A stretch of 39,551 bases of DNA from Squatina squatina (Eukaryota): positions 13,741,850-13,781,400 of the forward strand of contig JARFOE010000013.1 of the NCBI GenBank assembly GCA_031763465.1, given 5' to 3'. The translations under genes were made by a program, and so were the position numbers. Of this stretch, positions 20,591 through 32,797 are shown piece after piece. A model generated the notes under the pieces. It saw only the letters and a list, made by a program, of their open reading frames with translations, did no database searches and was not told where the DNA came from. Position 1 is the stretch's first letter, and the number at the start of each line of letters is the position of its first letter.

Positions 20591-23059
20591 TCTTTTATTA
20601 GGGTTCCAATGATATTAAACATGCAACTGTATATTTTAAATGATATGCATAAAAATAAACCAGATCCTTACAGAACACCAGCACGTGCATGCTTCCCTCA
20701 TGGTTTCTGACTCACTACTCAGATGGCATGTCACTTTTCACTTGCTTTAACATAAGAAACAGTGTTTGAATGCACGAAGCAACAAATTAGAAATTAATGC
20801 TGTAAACACACAGTGAAAATAGGACACCAAGGCATTAGCACAATGGTCACAGTTCTATCACAAACACAAACTATTAGAAGTANNNNNNNNNNNNNNNNNN
20901 NNNNNNNNNNNNNNNNNNNNNNNNNNNNNNNNNNNNNNNNNNNNNNNNNNNNNNNNNNNNNNNNNNNNNNNNNNNNNNNNNNTGCATCATATTTAACCAA
21001 AGTGCTGTCAGTTTCTGTGCACCTGAAGTATTTTGGATGTTCTCGTGTGTTCTGGAGGTCTAAGCAGCTGGAAGGGCCTACCCAATGGACATACCCCTAT
21101 CTGCATCATAATGGAGAGGAAGAGGAGCAGCAGAGGCAAGAAGCTTTGAGAGTGAGGCGCCACATCAGAAGGCAGCAGCCCAGTCGCTATTCCGGCGTAG
21201 GCAAATGAGCTCTGCAGGAAATTTTGGGCATAATTTCCCATTGGCAAGATCGGCAAACAAATCAGCATAAATTTCATCGAAACTTTGGTGTAAATGTGAT
21301 TGAGGACATTCTAGGTCATGGTCAGAACTTCCTTGCAACTTCTCCCACTCCGCCGCCGTAGCTTTGGCAGGAGTGCAGCAGAATCCTTGTGTATGCGCAT
21401 AAATGCTGTCGTAGGAGCAGCTCTGAGGAAAAATAAAGTCGGCAGAATGCACCAGGCCTCCCGCCATCTATAAACAGGGGGAAAAAAGAAGTGAAGTATG
21501 AAAAGTGGGAGCGACAGTACTTTTGAATGGCTCAAGTGAAGACTTTGCCAGCCTCAACAGGGTCACTGGTGCTTTTACGTGAGAGAGGGATGGGTTTACT
21601 TGAAGCACACTCTCCCTTTGCCTCAGCAAGCGACTGAAAAGATAGGGTTTGACCTTTTAAATTTCCAGTCTGTTTTAAATAATAAATTTGGATTAGAATG
21701 TTTAATGTTTAACATCCAAATGTATTCATTTCAACGCACTTTCATTCTTAAAGGAGCATCGTCACCTCAGTGGACGTTTTCAATTTGGCAAATAAGACCA
21801 TTTATGCAGCAGTCAGTTCCATGACAAGGGTTGAAACTTTTGCGATGCATTTGGCTTTGCCTTAATTTCCCTGCTAACTTCACAATGAATGAGGGCAGAC
21901 AAAACAATATCGTGAAGTTGCAACATCGCTGATGAAATCATTGCACACTCCTCCATTTACACCTTGTCATTGTAGCACAAGACGGTGGTCCTTAAATATT
22001 CCTTACTCTGAAAATTGTTTTTTTCCCTGCTAGGATTGAGTCATCCTTATCAAGAGGTTGGCTACTGTTTAATATTTGAGAAAGGTAACCTTATGGAATT
22101 TTTGCACTGATCCAATCTAATTATTAACTCAGACAATGAATCGTGACCGAAATGAAAGGTTAACATCCCACATGGCTCCCATATGAGGACAAATATGTAT
22201 GATGTGTGGGAATATTTGTCTCTCTCAACGCCCCTGATGATACAGCTGGTTTTTTTTTAAATCCTGAATCTATATTCCCCTATCTGTGGAGCCTTTAATG
22301 ACACATCACCAAACCACATAATTAAACTCGTAATTTATTGCACAAAATGAAATTTAAATTACAGCAGCAGCATTAAAACCTGTTGTAGAAAACTGTCNNN
22401 NNNNNNNNNNNNNNNNNNNNNNNNNNNNNNNNNNNNNNNNNNNNNNNNNNNNNNNNNNNNNNNNNNNNNNNNNNNNNNNNNNNNNNNNNNNNNNNNNCTC
22501 ATTTTTACCATGTTTTATGAATATAAACCTGAAGGATGTTAGTCAGGAGAAAGGGCCACTTTTCATCTTGGACTCCCAGTCTTGGTGTTAAGCACTCCAA
22601 GGTCAAGTATAACACGGTGAGTTGCAGGGCAATAACAATGGCCAATCACGCCCATGCTCGAGGTCTGTTTGCAATAACCCTACCCATCACGGGCATACCA
22701 ACCTCATCTTACTTCAACGCATAGCATTTGATTTCACTTGCAACACATGTCATGTATGCGGGTGAAGGTTAAAATAGAATTCAAGAGCGATACTGTCTTT
22801 TGCTGAATCTAAAACTGGATGGGGGTAAAATTTTAAATGGAGTGGGGATTAATGGAGTTACTTCAAGTTTATTTTCTTCATTTTGTTTTCTCTTCATAAA
22901 ATAGATCGGGACCAAGAAGGCCCTATAAACCATTTAATCTTACCCTTCCAGAATACAAATCCAAAAAGTCTCCTCTGACTTTTCTATATATATATATAAG
23001 CTCTCTTTTTCTGTTTCATCATATTGACTATCTATTTCATCATCCAGGAAGCCCTGACT

Positions 23060-23290
23060 TTAGTTGCCCTACCTTTCCCCCCATGGGAATGTATCTCGAC
23101 TATACCCAAGCTATTTCCTCTTTAAAGGCAGCCCATTGTTCCCCTACTGTTTTACCTGCCAATCTTTGATTTCAGTTTACCCGAGCCAGATTAGTTCTCA
23201 TCCCACTGAACTTGGCTTTCCCCCAGTTAAACATTTTACTCTAGATTGCTCCCTGTCCTTTTCCATAGCTCATCTAAACCTTATGATACA
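23060..23290 (-). mobile_element. CR1 LINE ORF2 fragment
   Basis: TACTCTAGATTGCTCCCTGTCCTTTTCCATAGCT..CTAAACCTTATGATAC; the reverse strand reads IIRFR..MEKDREQSRVK, typical of the end of the CR1 endonuclease region. Confidence 0.6.
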
Positions 23291-23304
23291 TGCCATACTA
23301 GGAT

Positions 23305-23810
23305 AGATGACCAAAAGCTTGGTCAGAGGTAGGTTTTAAAGGAGCAGAGAGAGGTAAAGAGGAGGAGAGGTTTAGGAAGGGAATTCCAGAGCTTAGGGCC
23401 TAGGCAGCTGAACGTACAGCTGCCAATGGTGGAGCGATTAAAATCGAGGATGCACAAGAGGCCAGAATTGGAGGAGCGCCGAGATCTCGTAGGGCTGGTG
23501 GAGGTTACGGAAATAGGGAGGAGCGAGACTATAGAGGGATTTGAAAACAATGATGAGAATCTTAAATTGAGGCATTGCCTGAACAGGAACTAATGTATGC
23601 CAGTGAGCACAGAGGTGATGGGTGAACGTGATTTTGTGTGAGTTAGTGTACAGGCAGCAGAGTTTTGGATGACCTCAAGTTTATGGAGGGTGGACGATGG
23701 GAGGCCGGCCGGCCGGAGAGCATTGAAATAGTCGAGTCTGGAGGTAACAAAGACATGGATAAGAGCTTCAGCAGGAGATGAGCTCAGGCAGGGATGGAGT
23801 CGGCCAATTA
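23305..23810 (-). mobile_element. L2-clade LINE 3' fragment (RT C-terminus and 3'UTR)
   Basis: ORF pieces AEALIHVFVTSRLDYFNAL...LEVIQNSAA and FSCLGPKLWNSLP are L2 ORF2 C-terminal motifs. Confidence 0.85.
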
Positions 23811-23987
23811 TATTAGCATCTCTGCAAAGTTCTTGGTGTTGGTAACTAACATTGTACTTTAACAAGTAAAGGCCATGAGGCCGATCCCTAGTGTTAGAAG
23901 ACTGAATTATGAGGATAGGCTAAAATCTGCCAACCTTGAAGTAGAGTCGCATATAAGAAGCTAAGGAGGATTGAAAAGTTAAATCTC

Positions 23988-24140
23988 TGCCCCCCTCATC
24001 CCTTCCCCTCTCTCTCTCGCTTATTCCTCTCTCTCTCACTCTCACTATTCTCTTCTCACTCTCTTCTCCCTCACTTTCTCTGTGCCATTTTCTCTTTCTT
24101 TTTGTCCCCCTCTCTCTTTCCTGTCTCTCTCTCTCTCTCA
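23988..24140. repeat. CT-rich degenerate microsatellite
   Basis: Runs of (CT)n and polypyrimidine on the plus strand. Confidence 0.85.
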
Positions 24141-24967
24141 ACATCTTTATTTTATTAATACCACTACGATCATTGCTGCTCTGCATTTTCCCCTTTTTTC
24201 TGTTTCCTCTAAGCTGCAAATAGTCCACCCTGCGTGCTCATCCCCCTAAATCCTTGATATTTACATCCAGACTTATTGCTGTAACTAAATCTTTCCCAGA
24301 CCTCCAAACTCCTGTTGCATATTTTTCAGGGCTTTGCAACCCATGCTGGACATCACATAATCATTTGTTCCTGATATACTTCAGCATCTTATCTGTTGAT
24401 GTTTTCAACTTTGATGTTCTGCATTGTGGGCTTCCCCAGCTGTTCTTAACCAAATTTTCCGAGTTTTAAAAAAAGATGACGAAAATATTATGGTAATGAC
24501 TTACTACACATTTTTTTTTGGAAAAAAGTTCAAGATTTTCCCTCTACCGCAGTGCTGACTTTATGAGTTGAACTTGTATGTGAATGCGATTATGTAAATG
24601 AGATTATTAATTCAAGTTTGAGGATGACTCTGTCACTGTCTTATTACACAGTGCATTTCGAGCAAGAGAGTGAGAAATTTGGGACATGGATTCTGTGGTG
24701 GGGTTGCCCTCTTTGAAAGGGATAGACTTGTTGGTTCTAATCCCCTATTCTTAATCCAAAATGAAATCTTCAGTTCTCTACAGTTTAGTATTCAGTTTTG
24801 AATCTTTGTTGTTTAAAACATTAACTTACAGCAATTTAATAAATAAAATCACTATAGTCTTGAGGAAGAAGGGATCCTTTGAATCATGTCTAATATCTCT
24901 ATTGACCTGTCTGTTTTCCAGTTGTCCTCAAAGGTGGACTCTTCAGACTTCCATTCACACAGCAAAA

Positions 24968-25052
24968 ATGTCATATGGGGCTATCGATGGCAGCAGCTTC
25001 AGTGGACGGAATCCATTTGGAGGGCCTTCCCGGCAAGGATATCAGCCTTTAG
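24968..25052 (+). CDS. TSNARE1: TSNARE1 first coding exon ([28 protein letters not shown]); exon spans 24922-25052 including 5'UTR
   Basis: Acceptor ctgtctgttttccAG (24920-24921), ATG in an AAAATG context and phase-1 donor G|GTAAAT (25053-25054). Matches the human N-terminus [29 protein letters not shown], and synteny with ADGRB1 supports the call. Confidence 0.9.
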
Positions 25053-25629
25053 GTAAATCTCACCATTTGATAACCTTTCCTGAATATTTCCTAGGTTTTT
25101 CTGTTTGACGATCAAACCACAAGTGTCTGATGCATTTATTGCTTGCCTACAGTGTCTGGAGCAAGATGCATCATTTCTACCATAATCAGTNNNNNNNNNN
25201 NNNNNNNNNNNNNNNNNNNNNNNNNNNNNNNNNNNNNNNNNNNNNNNNNNNNNNNNNNNNNNNNNNNNNNNNNNNNNNNNNNNNNNNNNNCTTGTGTAGA
25301 GCAGTAATCTTTGCCGATGTGTTGAATGTACATAAGGTGTACGGGGGGAAATGGTCTCTGAAAGATTGTGGTTCCTTTTCTTCCTAATTACTAGTTTCCA
25401 CTTGCACTGCCTTGCCAGGTATGTGCAATAGTTTTGTAATTATTCTTTCCTGTGCACAGCTTTGAACACTGCCAAAATGGCACCAAACACTTCAATAATT
25501 ACTATAATTTGACACCCCCCCCTCCAGATAAGGACAATATAAAGGGCCAATATGTTTTAACTGCAGTACAAAAGAATTAGCTGCAGCATCAATGCAAACA
25601 GTGGAGTGAATGTGACAAAATAAGTGACA

Positions 25630-25835
25630 GTTTAATGCTGTGGGAAAGGGTGGTGGGGGAAGACTCGATCGTGGCTTTCAAAAGGGAGTTGGATAAGTAC
25701 CTGAAGGAAAAAATGAATTGCAGGACTACGGGGAAAGGACGGGTGAGTGGGACTAGCTGAGGTGCAGAGGGCCGGCACAGGCCCATCGGGCCTAATGGCC
25801 TCCTTCTGTGCTGTAACCATTCTATGATTTTATGA
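25630..25835 (+). mobile_element. CR1 LINE 3' end with tail
   Basis: GCTTTCAAAAGGGAGTTGGATAAGTACCTGAAGG...GGGCCTAATGGCCTCCTTCTGTGCTGTAACCATTCTATGATTTTATGA. Confidence 0.8.
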
Positions 25836-25979
25836 AATGTCTTTTTGTTCTTCAAACGTGTGTCTTCCTGAAATCCGTTTGTTTTAGCTGCGATTGAGGC
25901 CTTTAAATAATTGTTTTTCTGACAACATACTACATAGTTGGCCTTGCAACAATACATGCTGTGTTGTGTATCTTGGGTG

Positions 25980-26142
25980 TAGCATTGCCAACCCGCCAGG
26001 ATTGTCCTGGAGTATCCAGCAATTAAAGATTCATTTCCTGGGTTGCTCTGCTAACACCCCGGGAGTAAAATCAGAGGGGCATTAAAAAAGCGTTTTTCCA
26101 TTTTTTTAAGACACATTTGTTATAAAAATATTGGCAACCTTA
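25980..26142. mobile_element. hAT-superfamily MITE (163 bp) with perfect 8-bp TSD
   Basis: Imperfect TIRs TAGCATTGCCAA ... TTGGCAACCTTA, flanked by CTTGGGTG at 25972-25979 and 26143-26150. Confidence 0.85.
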
Positions 26143-26351
26143 CTTGGGTGTGAAATTCACCTAAAGCACACTTGGCTAACCTCCTCAAGGTACGGGTTTT
26201 GCACGATGTGAGTATAGCCAAATGCAGAGATGCAGCTCTCTTAATAAACCTCCTGCCTAATCCAGATATACTCTACTGTACATGCTCATTAATCTTCCCC
26301 TTTTCTGGTAATTTTACAAAACATTTGTGTAAAGGAGCCTGGTTTTCTTTT

Positions 26352-26461
26352 CAGCCGTGGCTCAGTGGGTAGCACACTCGCCTCTGAGTCAGAGGTTTGT
26401 GGGTTCAAGTCTCACTCCAGGGACTTGAGCACATAGGTTTAGGCTGGCACTCTAGCGCAGT
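26352..26461 (+). mobile_element. tRNA-headed SINE (SacSINE1/DeuSINE-like) 5' end, cut by a gap
   Basis: Pol III A box (TGGCTCAGTGGG) and B-box-like GGTTCAAGTCTC, followed by a non-tRNA body. Confidence 0.8.
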
Positions 26462-27769
26462 NNNNNNNNNNNNNNNNNNNNNNNNNNNNNNNNNNNNNNN
26501 NNNNNNNNNNNNNNNNNNNNNNNNNNNNNNNNNNNNNNNNNNNNNNNNNNNNNNNNNNNNNAAGAGCTATGATTTCTCTAGATCGGCCAAGGATATATGA
26601 GTTTTCCTGTGTGCAGGTCATACAATGCTGTGAAAGTGTCTAGCTCAGACACAGGTATTTATGGACTTCAGGCACAGCCATACATAAAAGGATTTCACAA
26701 ATACTGCAACTTGATCATTAAACAGGCAATAAATCTTCAATGGAATCAGCTTCACCTGCACCCAAAGTATAAGTGACTCATTCCGATTTTGCCTTTTGTT
26801 CCCAATTAGAGTGGGATTCAGGCAGCCTAATAAGCAATAGTCTACCATTGCCACACAGGCAGTCCTTGTGGCAGTGTGCCTTTTGAATCTGTGTATAAGC
26901 TTTGATATCCGATTTATCTATCTAATTGATTAATCATCTCTGCTGTGGTAACTTTTACCAGTGCGCTATGGAGGGTTTTAAGCCTTTGATTTTATTTTTG
27001 GTCTCTCCCAAGCATGGGGCGATCAAAGGAAGAGAATGAGCAGTTTGTCACTTCCCTGAAAATTGGTTAATGATGAGATAACGCTAATGAATCACTTGCA
27101 GATGTTAAGGACTGTGTTCCAGATGTCTTTTAATATTCTGTGCACTTTGGCTTGTTGAAGCCTGTTCTTCTCTTAACTCAGTACAAATGAACCTCATTTG
27201 CAAGAACCTGCTGGGACTACCCTTAATAGCCCTTATTATTAGAGATTCATATTATCTCGACTTTCCATTAAATCCAGCAGTGCGTTCCAATTTACTCCTC
27301 ATGGATTGGACTCTGCAATCTAGTGTACAATGTGTTTGTGTGTCTTGTGATGGTCTGTGAGTAAAAGATTTGTGAACTGCTGTCTGAAAGGAATGCGCAG
27401 GTGTACTCTGTTTTGCTTAAGCTCAATGTGAGCGATTCCTACTCCTCTTTTCATGCCCCTTCCCAATTTGTTTTACATGCTTAATTTATGTTGCGTCTTT
27501 GTAGTTATGAAATATGGCAGAACTGTTGGTATTCTACACTTACCTTCTGATGAAGAATGGGAGCTTCAGCAGCATACTGAAGTATGCAAAATATGAGTTT
27601 GTTTCTGATTGTGGACTTTTCCTCAATGTATAAATAATGGACTGTAGTGTTTTTAAAAAAATTATGTATTATTTTTAAAAGTTGTCATTTCAAAGATAGA
27701 AATACGTCACAAATCATATACAATAGCAATCACATAACTGAAGATACCAGTATTACAGTTAAAACAGGA

Positions 27770-27970
27770 AACATGTCTTAATTAAGAGGTGATCTCAGGT
27801 CATGAAAATCTGCAACTCCCTCAAATAGCTGTTGAGGCTCGGTCAATTGAAAATTTCAAAACTGAGATTGATAAGTTTTTGTTCGGTAAGGACATTAAGA
27901 GATGTGGAACCAAGGTGGATGGTGCAACAGGCTTGAGGGGCTGAATGATCTACTACTGTTTCCATATTCC
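27770..27970 (+). mobile_element. CR1 LINE 3' fragment
   Basis: AACTCCCTC...GCTGTTGAGGCT...AATTTCAAAACTGAGATTGATAAG...GGCTTGAGGGGCTGAATGATCTACTACTGTT. Confidence 0.7.
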
Positions 27971-28009
27971 TACTGATATTACAGAGAATCTGAGTGCAGA
28001 CTGGATTGT

Positions 28010-28285
28010 ACACATAAGAACATAAGAAATAGGAGCAGGTGTAGACCATTCGGCCCCTCGAGCCTGCTCCCCCATTCAATGAGATCATGGCTGACCTGAT
28101 TCTGGCCTCAACTCCACTTTTCTGCCTGATCCCCATAACCCTTGACTACCTTGCTGCTGAAAAATGTGTCTATCTCAGCCTTGAATGTACTCAATGACTC
28201 AGCCTCCACAGCTCTCTGGGGTGCAGAATTCCAAAGATTCACGACACACTGAGAGAGAAGAAATTCCTCCTCATCTCCGTCAAGA
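28010..28285 (-). mobile_element. CR1 LINE 3' end, tail-to-tail with the previous fragment
   Basis: (ACATAAGA)2 tail followed by AATAGGAGCAGG...CCATTCGGCCCCTCGAGCCTGCTCC. Confidence 0.8.
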
Positions 28286-28891
28286 ATTTTATATACTTGT
28301 AGAAGCTCTTACTGTCAGTTTTTATATTTCTTTATAATTTTTATATTTTATACTACTCTCAAAATCTATTTTCTCCCTCTTATTTTTTTAGTCATCCTTT
28401 GCTGGTTTTTAAAATTTTCCCAATCTTCGGGCCTACCACTAATCTTTGCAACATTGTATACCTATCCTTTCAATTTGATATCATCCTTAACTTCCTTAGT
28501 TAGCTATGATTGGTTCTTTCTTCTCTTTGAGTCTTTCTTCCTCACTAGAATATATATATATATATTTGAAGTCAGACTTTTTATTTACACTTAACATTGG
28601 GTTAACATCAGTTCAGGTGGGTAGGGGGAGAGAATAATCGTATTTGAGCACAAATATGGAAGAAAACAAACTGATGTTTGTATCTCATAAAGTTGACATG
28701 ATTTCCTTGTATGATTCACTGCATGCAGAGACTTTGAAATATTTCTGTGGTGGCTCCCATTGTACTTTAACAACTCCACGCACGTATTTGANNNNNNNNN
28801 NNNNNNNNNNNNNNNNNNNNNNNNNNNNNNNNNNNNNNNNNNNNNNNNNNNNNNNNNNNNNNNNNNNNNNNNNNNNNNNNNNNNNNNNNNN

Positions 28892-29134
28892 GGCCTATAT
28901 GTGGCTCCAGACTCACAGCGATGTGGTTGACTCCCAACTGCCCTCGAAAATGGCCTAGCAAGCCACTTAGTTGTAACAAACGGCGATAACAAAGTCAGCA
29001 CTGTAGGAGTGCCTTCACAAGGACTGCAGCAGTTCAAGAAGGCGACTCACCACCATCTTGAGGGCAATTAAAGATGGGCAATAAATGCCGGCCTTGCAAG
29101 CGATGCCCACATCCCATGAAAGAATAAATAAATA
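28892..29134 (+). mobile_element. SINE-like repeat with CR1-like tail
   Basis: GGACTGCAGCAGTTCAAGAAGGC..CTCACCACCATCTTGAGGGCAATTA..GATGGGCAATAAATGC...CCCATGAAAGAATAAATAAATAAA. Confidence 0.7.
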
Positions 29135-30261
29135 AAACCCAGATTATATTACTGGGAGGTTTGACAGCAGTGGGAGCAATAGAAAAGCAACTTGTGCAAT
29201 GTTTTTAACGTCACAGTTTGCAGCTTAGTTCGAGCCGCCATACTTTCTCTAATGGACAGGGAAGATTAGTATGAGCTGGTGGGCAGAGACTGATTTATTA
29301 ACCAGTGTGGTTTGCCCCATCTCTCATTGTGATGTTGCCCAGAGGAGCTTGTGGACACAACAAACTGTCTTAACTCAGTCTCAGATCCTCAGGAGGCAGA
29401 AACATTAGCTTTATTGTGCCAAAGTCAGGACTACCATCAGAGGCTGGACGTCAGAGTAAAAGCAACAGGAGAAAGAAAAAGAATGGGGAATAAATAGGAC
29501 CCACAGCATGTGGAGCTGGCTATGGGCTGCTGTAAATGCAGTCAGTAGTTAATAAGAAATTTGTGTATCTTTGAAAAATAAAACTTTTCATGCAACATTG
29601 GAAGAAAATTGCAAATTTACATTTCATGTTCCCATCCACTGCTTTAGCTTTGTGATAAGTTGGAATTCACTTTTAATCTTGTAGCTCAGCCCAGCTTCCA
29701 AAGGAATGGGTTTGGCTTTAATGAACTCGGAGATTTACTTAAAACCTTTTCTATGATTAACTTTAATCAGAATCCCGCAAGTGGATTAATAATTCCCGGG
29801 CCTGCGAATGGTACAGTGAAGGAAGATGTGAAAGGATAAGTACATCAATCGTTTCTGAATGTAAAATGCCTTGCGGNNNNNNNNNNNNNNNNNNNNNNNN
29901 NNNNNNNNNNNNNNNNNNNNNNNNNNNNNNNNNNNNNNNNNNNNNNNNNNNNNNNNNNNNNNNNNNNNNNNNNNNNTGAAAATTGTTGTCTGTGATTACC
30001 ACAACCATTAGAAGCATGTCATGTCAGACAGAAATTTCAATAGGTTGTGTTTAAGACCTGGCTTATTAAACAATCCTCTAGTCAGTGAAGCGGCTACTGT
30101 CCACATTCCATCCACTTGAGTGATAGAAATAATTAGTATAATTTTAATATAATTACTGGCCATTTGAGAGAAAATCTCGGGAACATGCGAATGTGAAAGG
30201 ACTGTTTTGATCTGGAGTATCAACAGCCTCTCATTTTCCCTACTTTTCATTTTCCCTTGTT

Positions 30262-30505
30262 TCACCATTGCCGGCTGTGCTTTCAGCTGCCAAGGTCCTA
30301 AGCTCTGGAACTCCCTCCCTAAACCTCTCCACCTCTCTAACTCTCTTCCCTCCTTTAAGATGCTCCTTAAAACCTACCTTTTTGAGCAAGCTTTTGGTCA
30401 TCTGCCCTAATATCCCCTTATGCGACTCGGTGTCAAATTTTGTTTGATAACCAGTCCTGTGAAGCACCTTAGAGTGCTTTACTGCTACGTAAATGCAAGT
30501 AGTTG
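30262..30505 (+). mobile_element. L2 LINE 3' end
   Basis: Reads TIAGCAFSCQGPKLWNSLPKPL...FKMLLKTYLFEQAF, then a tail ending AAATGCAAGTAGTTGT. Confidence 0.85.
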
Positions 30506-30565
30506 TTTAGTTGTGCATCATGGCATTGAGCTGGAACTCCATGGGACAGAAACATGCCCCAGTTG

Positions 30566-30857
30566 AAGAAAGAACTTGCATTTATGCAGCACTTTTCACA
30601 TCCTCAAAATGTCACAAGATGCTTCACAGCCAATCACACTGTTGTCTTGTAGGCAAATGTGGCAGCCAACTTGCATGCACCAAGGGCCCACAGCGGCAAT
30701 GAAATGAATGACCATTTAATCTGTCGTATTTGGTGTTGTTGGTTGAGGGATAAATGCTGGCCTGGACAGGGGGAGAACTCCCCTCCTCTTTGAATAGTGC
30801 TGTGGGATCGTTTTGCGTTCAGAAAGAAGGCATTCCTGCAGCACAGCACTAATGTAT
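30566..30857 (-). mobile_element. SINE (SacSINE1/DeuSINE-like) with L2 tail
   Basis: GAAAGAACTTGCATTTAT...GGTTGAGGGATAAAT..GGCC..GGACA..GGGGAGAACTCCCCT; same family as 6758-6897. Confidence 0.75.
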
Positions 30858-31598
30858 NNNNNNNNNNNNNNNNNNNNNNNNNNNNNNNNNNNNNNNNNNN
30901 NNNNNNNNNNNNNNNNNNNNNNNNNNNNNNNNNNNNNNNNNNNNNNNNNNNNNNNNNATCACTCACACTCTGTCTCGGGTACATGTACGGTTCTCATGCT
31001 CAAAATCACATGGAAGTATATTTTGGCTCCCGAGAGGGTATGGAGGAGAGAAAGGGGGATGATTCTGAGTATTCAGTAATTGAGGGGTGGGAAAGAGGCA
31101 AGTTGGTTTTGTCCTTTGATGAAGATGATGGGCTTGTTTGTTGGGCCCGATTGTCTTCCTGCTTCGACAAATTCATGTGTTCCAGACGTTCCATATGGAA
31201 TCTCATATTGTCGTAATGTACTTTCCAGCAGGTGCATTGGAGAGAATGAAGAATTCCACCAACTTAATCAGTGTCCATTTATTGGCGTCCCTGATGTACC
31301 ACACCTGTATTTTGGCAGCTCGTCCCAGAAATGAACAGCTGGAGGATCAATTATAGCTGCTTAATGGCCTGATTTGGAATGTCAGATGCTGTAATGTTTT
31401 ATCTAATTGACATAACTGTTTGCTAAATAGTATCAAAATGCGTTTAATTATAAAATTACACGAAGATGCACCCCAATGTACTGCAGCTGACTTACTGATG
31501 TCATGCCTCAGGGAGCTGAGAGCATCATGACACAGAAGAGTTGCTGATCAGAGGAGGCATGGATGTAGCACGTAAGGAAATGAGTAGAAAGATTCAAA

Positions 31599-32342
31599 GG
31601 GCGAAATTGCCCTTTTTTATAGCCCTGTTAGTGCCTCCGGGGGGCACTAATGGGGCATAAATTCATTTTCGCCTGGGTGGGTGGGTGAGGCGGCGTTACC
31701 ACCTCCGGGGAAAAGGGCCGGGAGGTTGCGGAGGCGCTGGTCCATTGGCGTCGCACCCTGCCATTAGTGCCCAACCAGCGATGACGTCATCACCGTGCAT
31801 GGTGACCCCCGCAGCGCTTCACGCCGACCCCCAACGCGGGACGAGAGGCCGGTGTGAGCCGATGGCAACGCCAGCTTTGTGGGTCATGAAGCTGGCGGAC
31901 ATCGTCTCCCGGGGCGCTCCCTAAAGGGGAGGGCACTAGCGCCCCGGGCTGCCATTGTTTTTTCCTCGGCCAACTCTTTGGTTCGCGGACCGATGGTGGC
32001 CCTTGTGTGCTCTGGGCGGCCATCCTGCAGCCCGGCATGCAACTCGGCGTGCCAGGCTACTGGCCCAATCGCACAGTGGTGGCCATCAGCGGCCGGTGCA
32101 GAGTGAGCAGCAGCCCTCCCCTTTCATTCAAGGGGAGAGGCGGTGTAGCGCACCAGCGCCATGTGGAGCATCCGTGTAGTGCTGCATAATTCGGCCCGAC
32201 ACTGCCCCATTATGCCCCCAAAGCTCCTTTTCTGGGGCGGTAAGCCTAAATCAGCGGCGAGGCCGGACTTCTGCACCCGGCACAGAAAGACCTGGCCCCG
32301 GCTGCTTACCGCCCGGCAATGGGGCGCAGAGCAATTTCGCCC
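31599..32342. mobile_element. GC/CpG-rich non-autonomous DNA transposon (about 745 bp), probably PIF/Harbinger-type
   Basis: Perfect 12-bp TIR GGGCGAAATTGC ... GCAATTTCGCCC and a sharp GC boundary at both ends. No clean TSD, so the superfamily is inferred. Confidence 0.8.
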
Positions 32343-32384
32343 TTGATGGCTTTTAATGTCAGGAATTACATTTTGCTAAGAATT

Positions 32385-32710
32385 CTAAAATTTGACACCG
32401 AGTCACATAAGGTGACATCAGGACAGGCGACCAACAGCTAGGGCAAAGGGACAGGTTTTTAGGAGCATCTTAAAAGAGGAGAGACTGGTAGAGAGGCGGA
32501 GAGATTTAGCGAGGGAATTCCAGAGCCTATGGCCTGGAGCGGGGGGGGTGCGGGTTCGGGCTGGAGGAGCTTACAGAGATAGGGAGGGTCAAGGCCCTGG
32601 AGGGATTTGAAAACAAGGATGAGAATTTTAATATCCAGACGTTGCCAGACTGGGAACCAATGTAGGTCAGCTAGCACAGAGGCTGATGGATGAACAGGAC
32701 TTGGTGTGAA
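32385..32710 (-). mobile_element. L2 LINE 3' fragment with internal deletion
   Basis: ORF LADLHWFPVWQRLDIKILILVFKSLQGLDPPYLCKLLQP is the L2 ORF2 C-terminal motif. Confidence 0.85.
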
Positions 32711-32797
32711 TCAGTGCTGGAAGGATGGGGGAGGGATAGGACTTCCAGACAAACTATGGTCCAAGTATCATCTCTGTTGTAGATTTCTGGGCTTGGC

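Noticed and set aside
20983-21025. Minus-strand peptide ETDSTLVK resembling the BAI N-terminal C(A/S)TLV(Q/K) motif
   Set aside because: The Cys is missing, following residues do not match, there are upstream stops in that frame, and it lies at a contig edge.
26352-26430. Possible tRNA gene
   Set aside because: It has A/B boxes but continues into a SINE body also seen at 18305-18490; it is a SINE head.
29693-29812. AG...GT-bounded open frame downstream of the TSNARE1 first coding exon
   Set aside because: The translation shows no similarity to TSNARE1 or syntaxins and the donor is weak.
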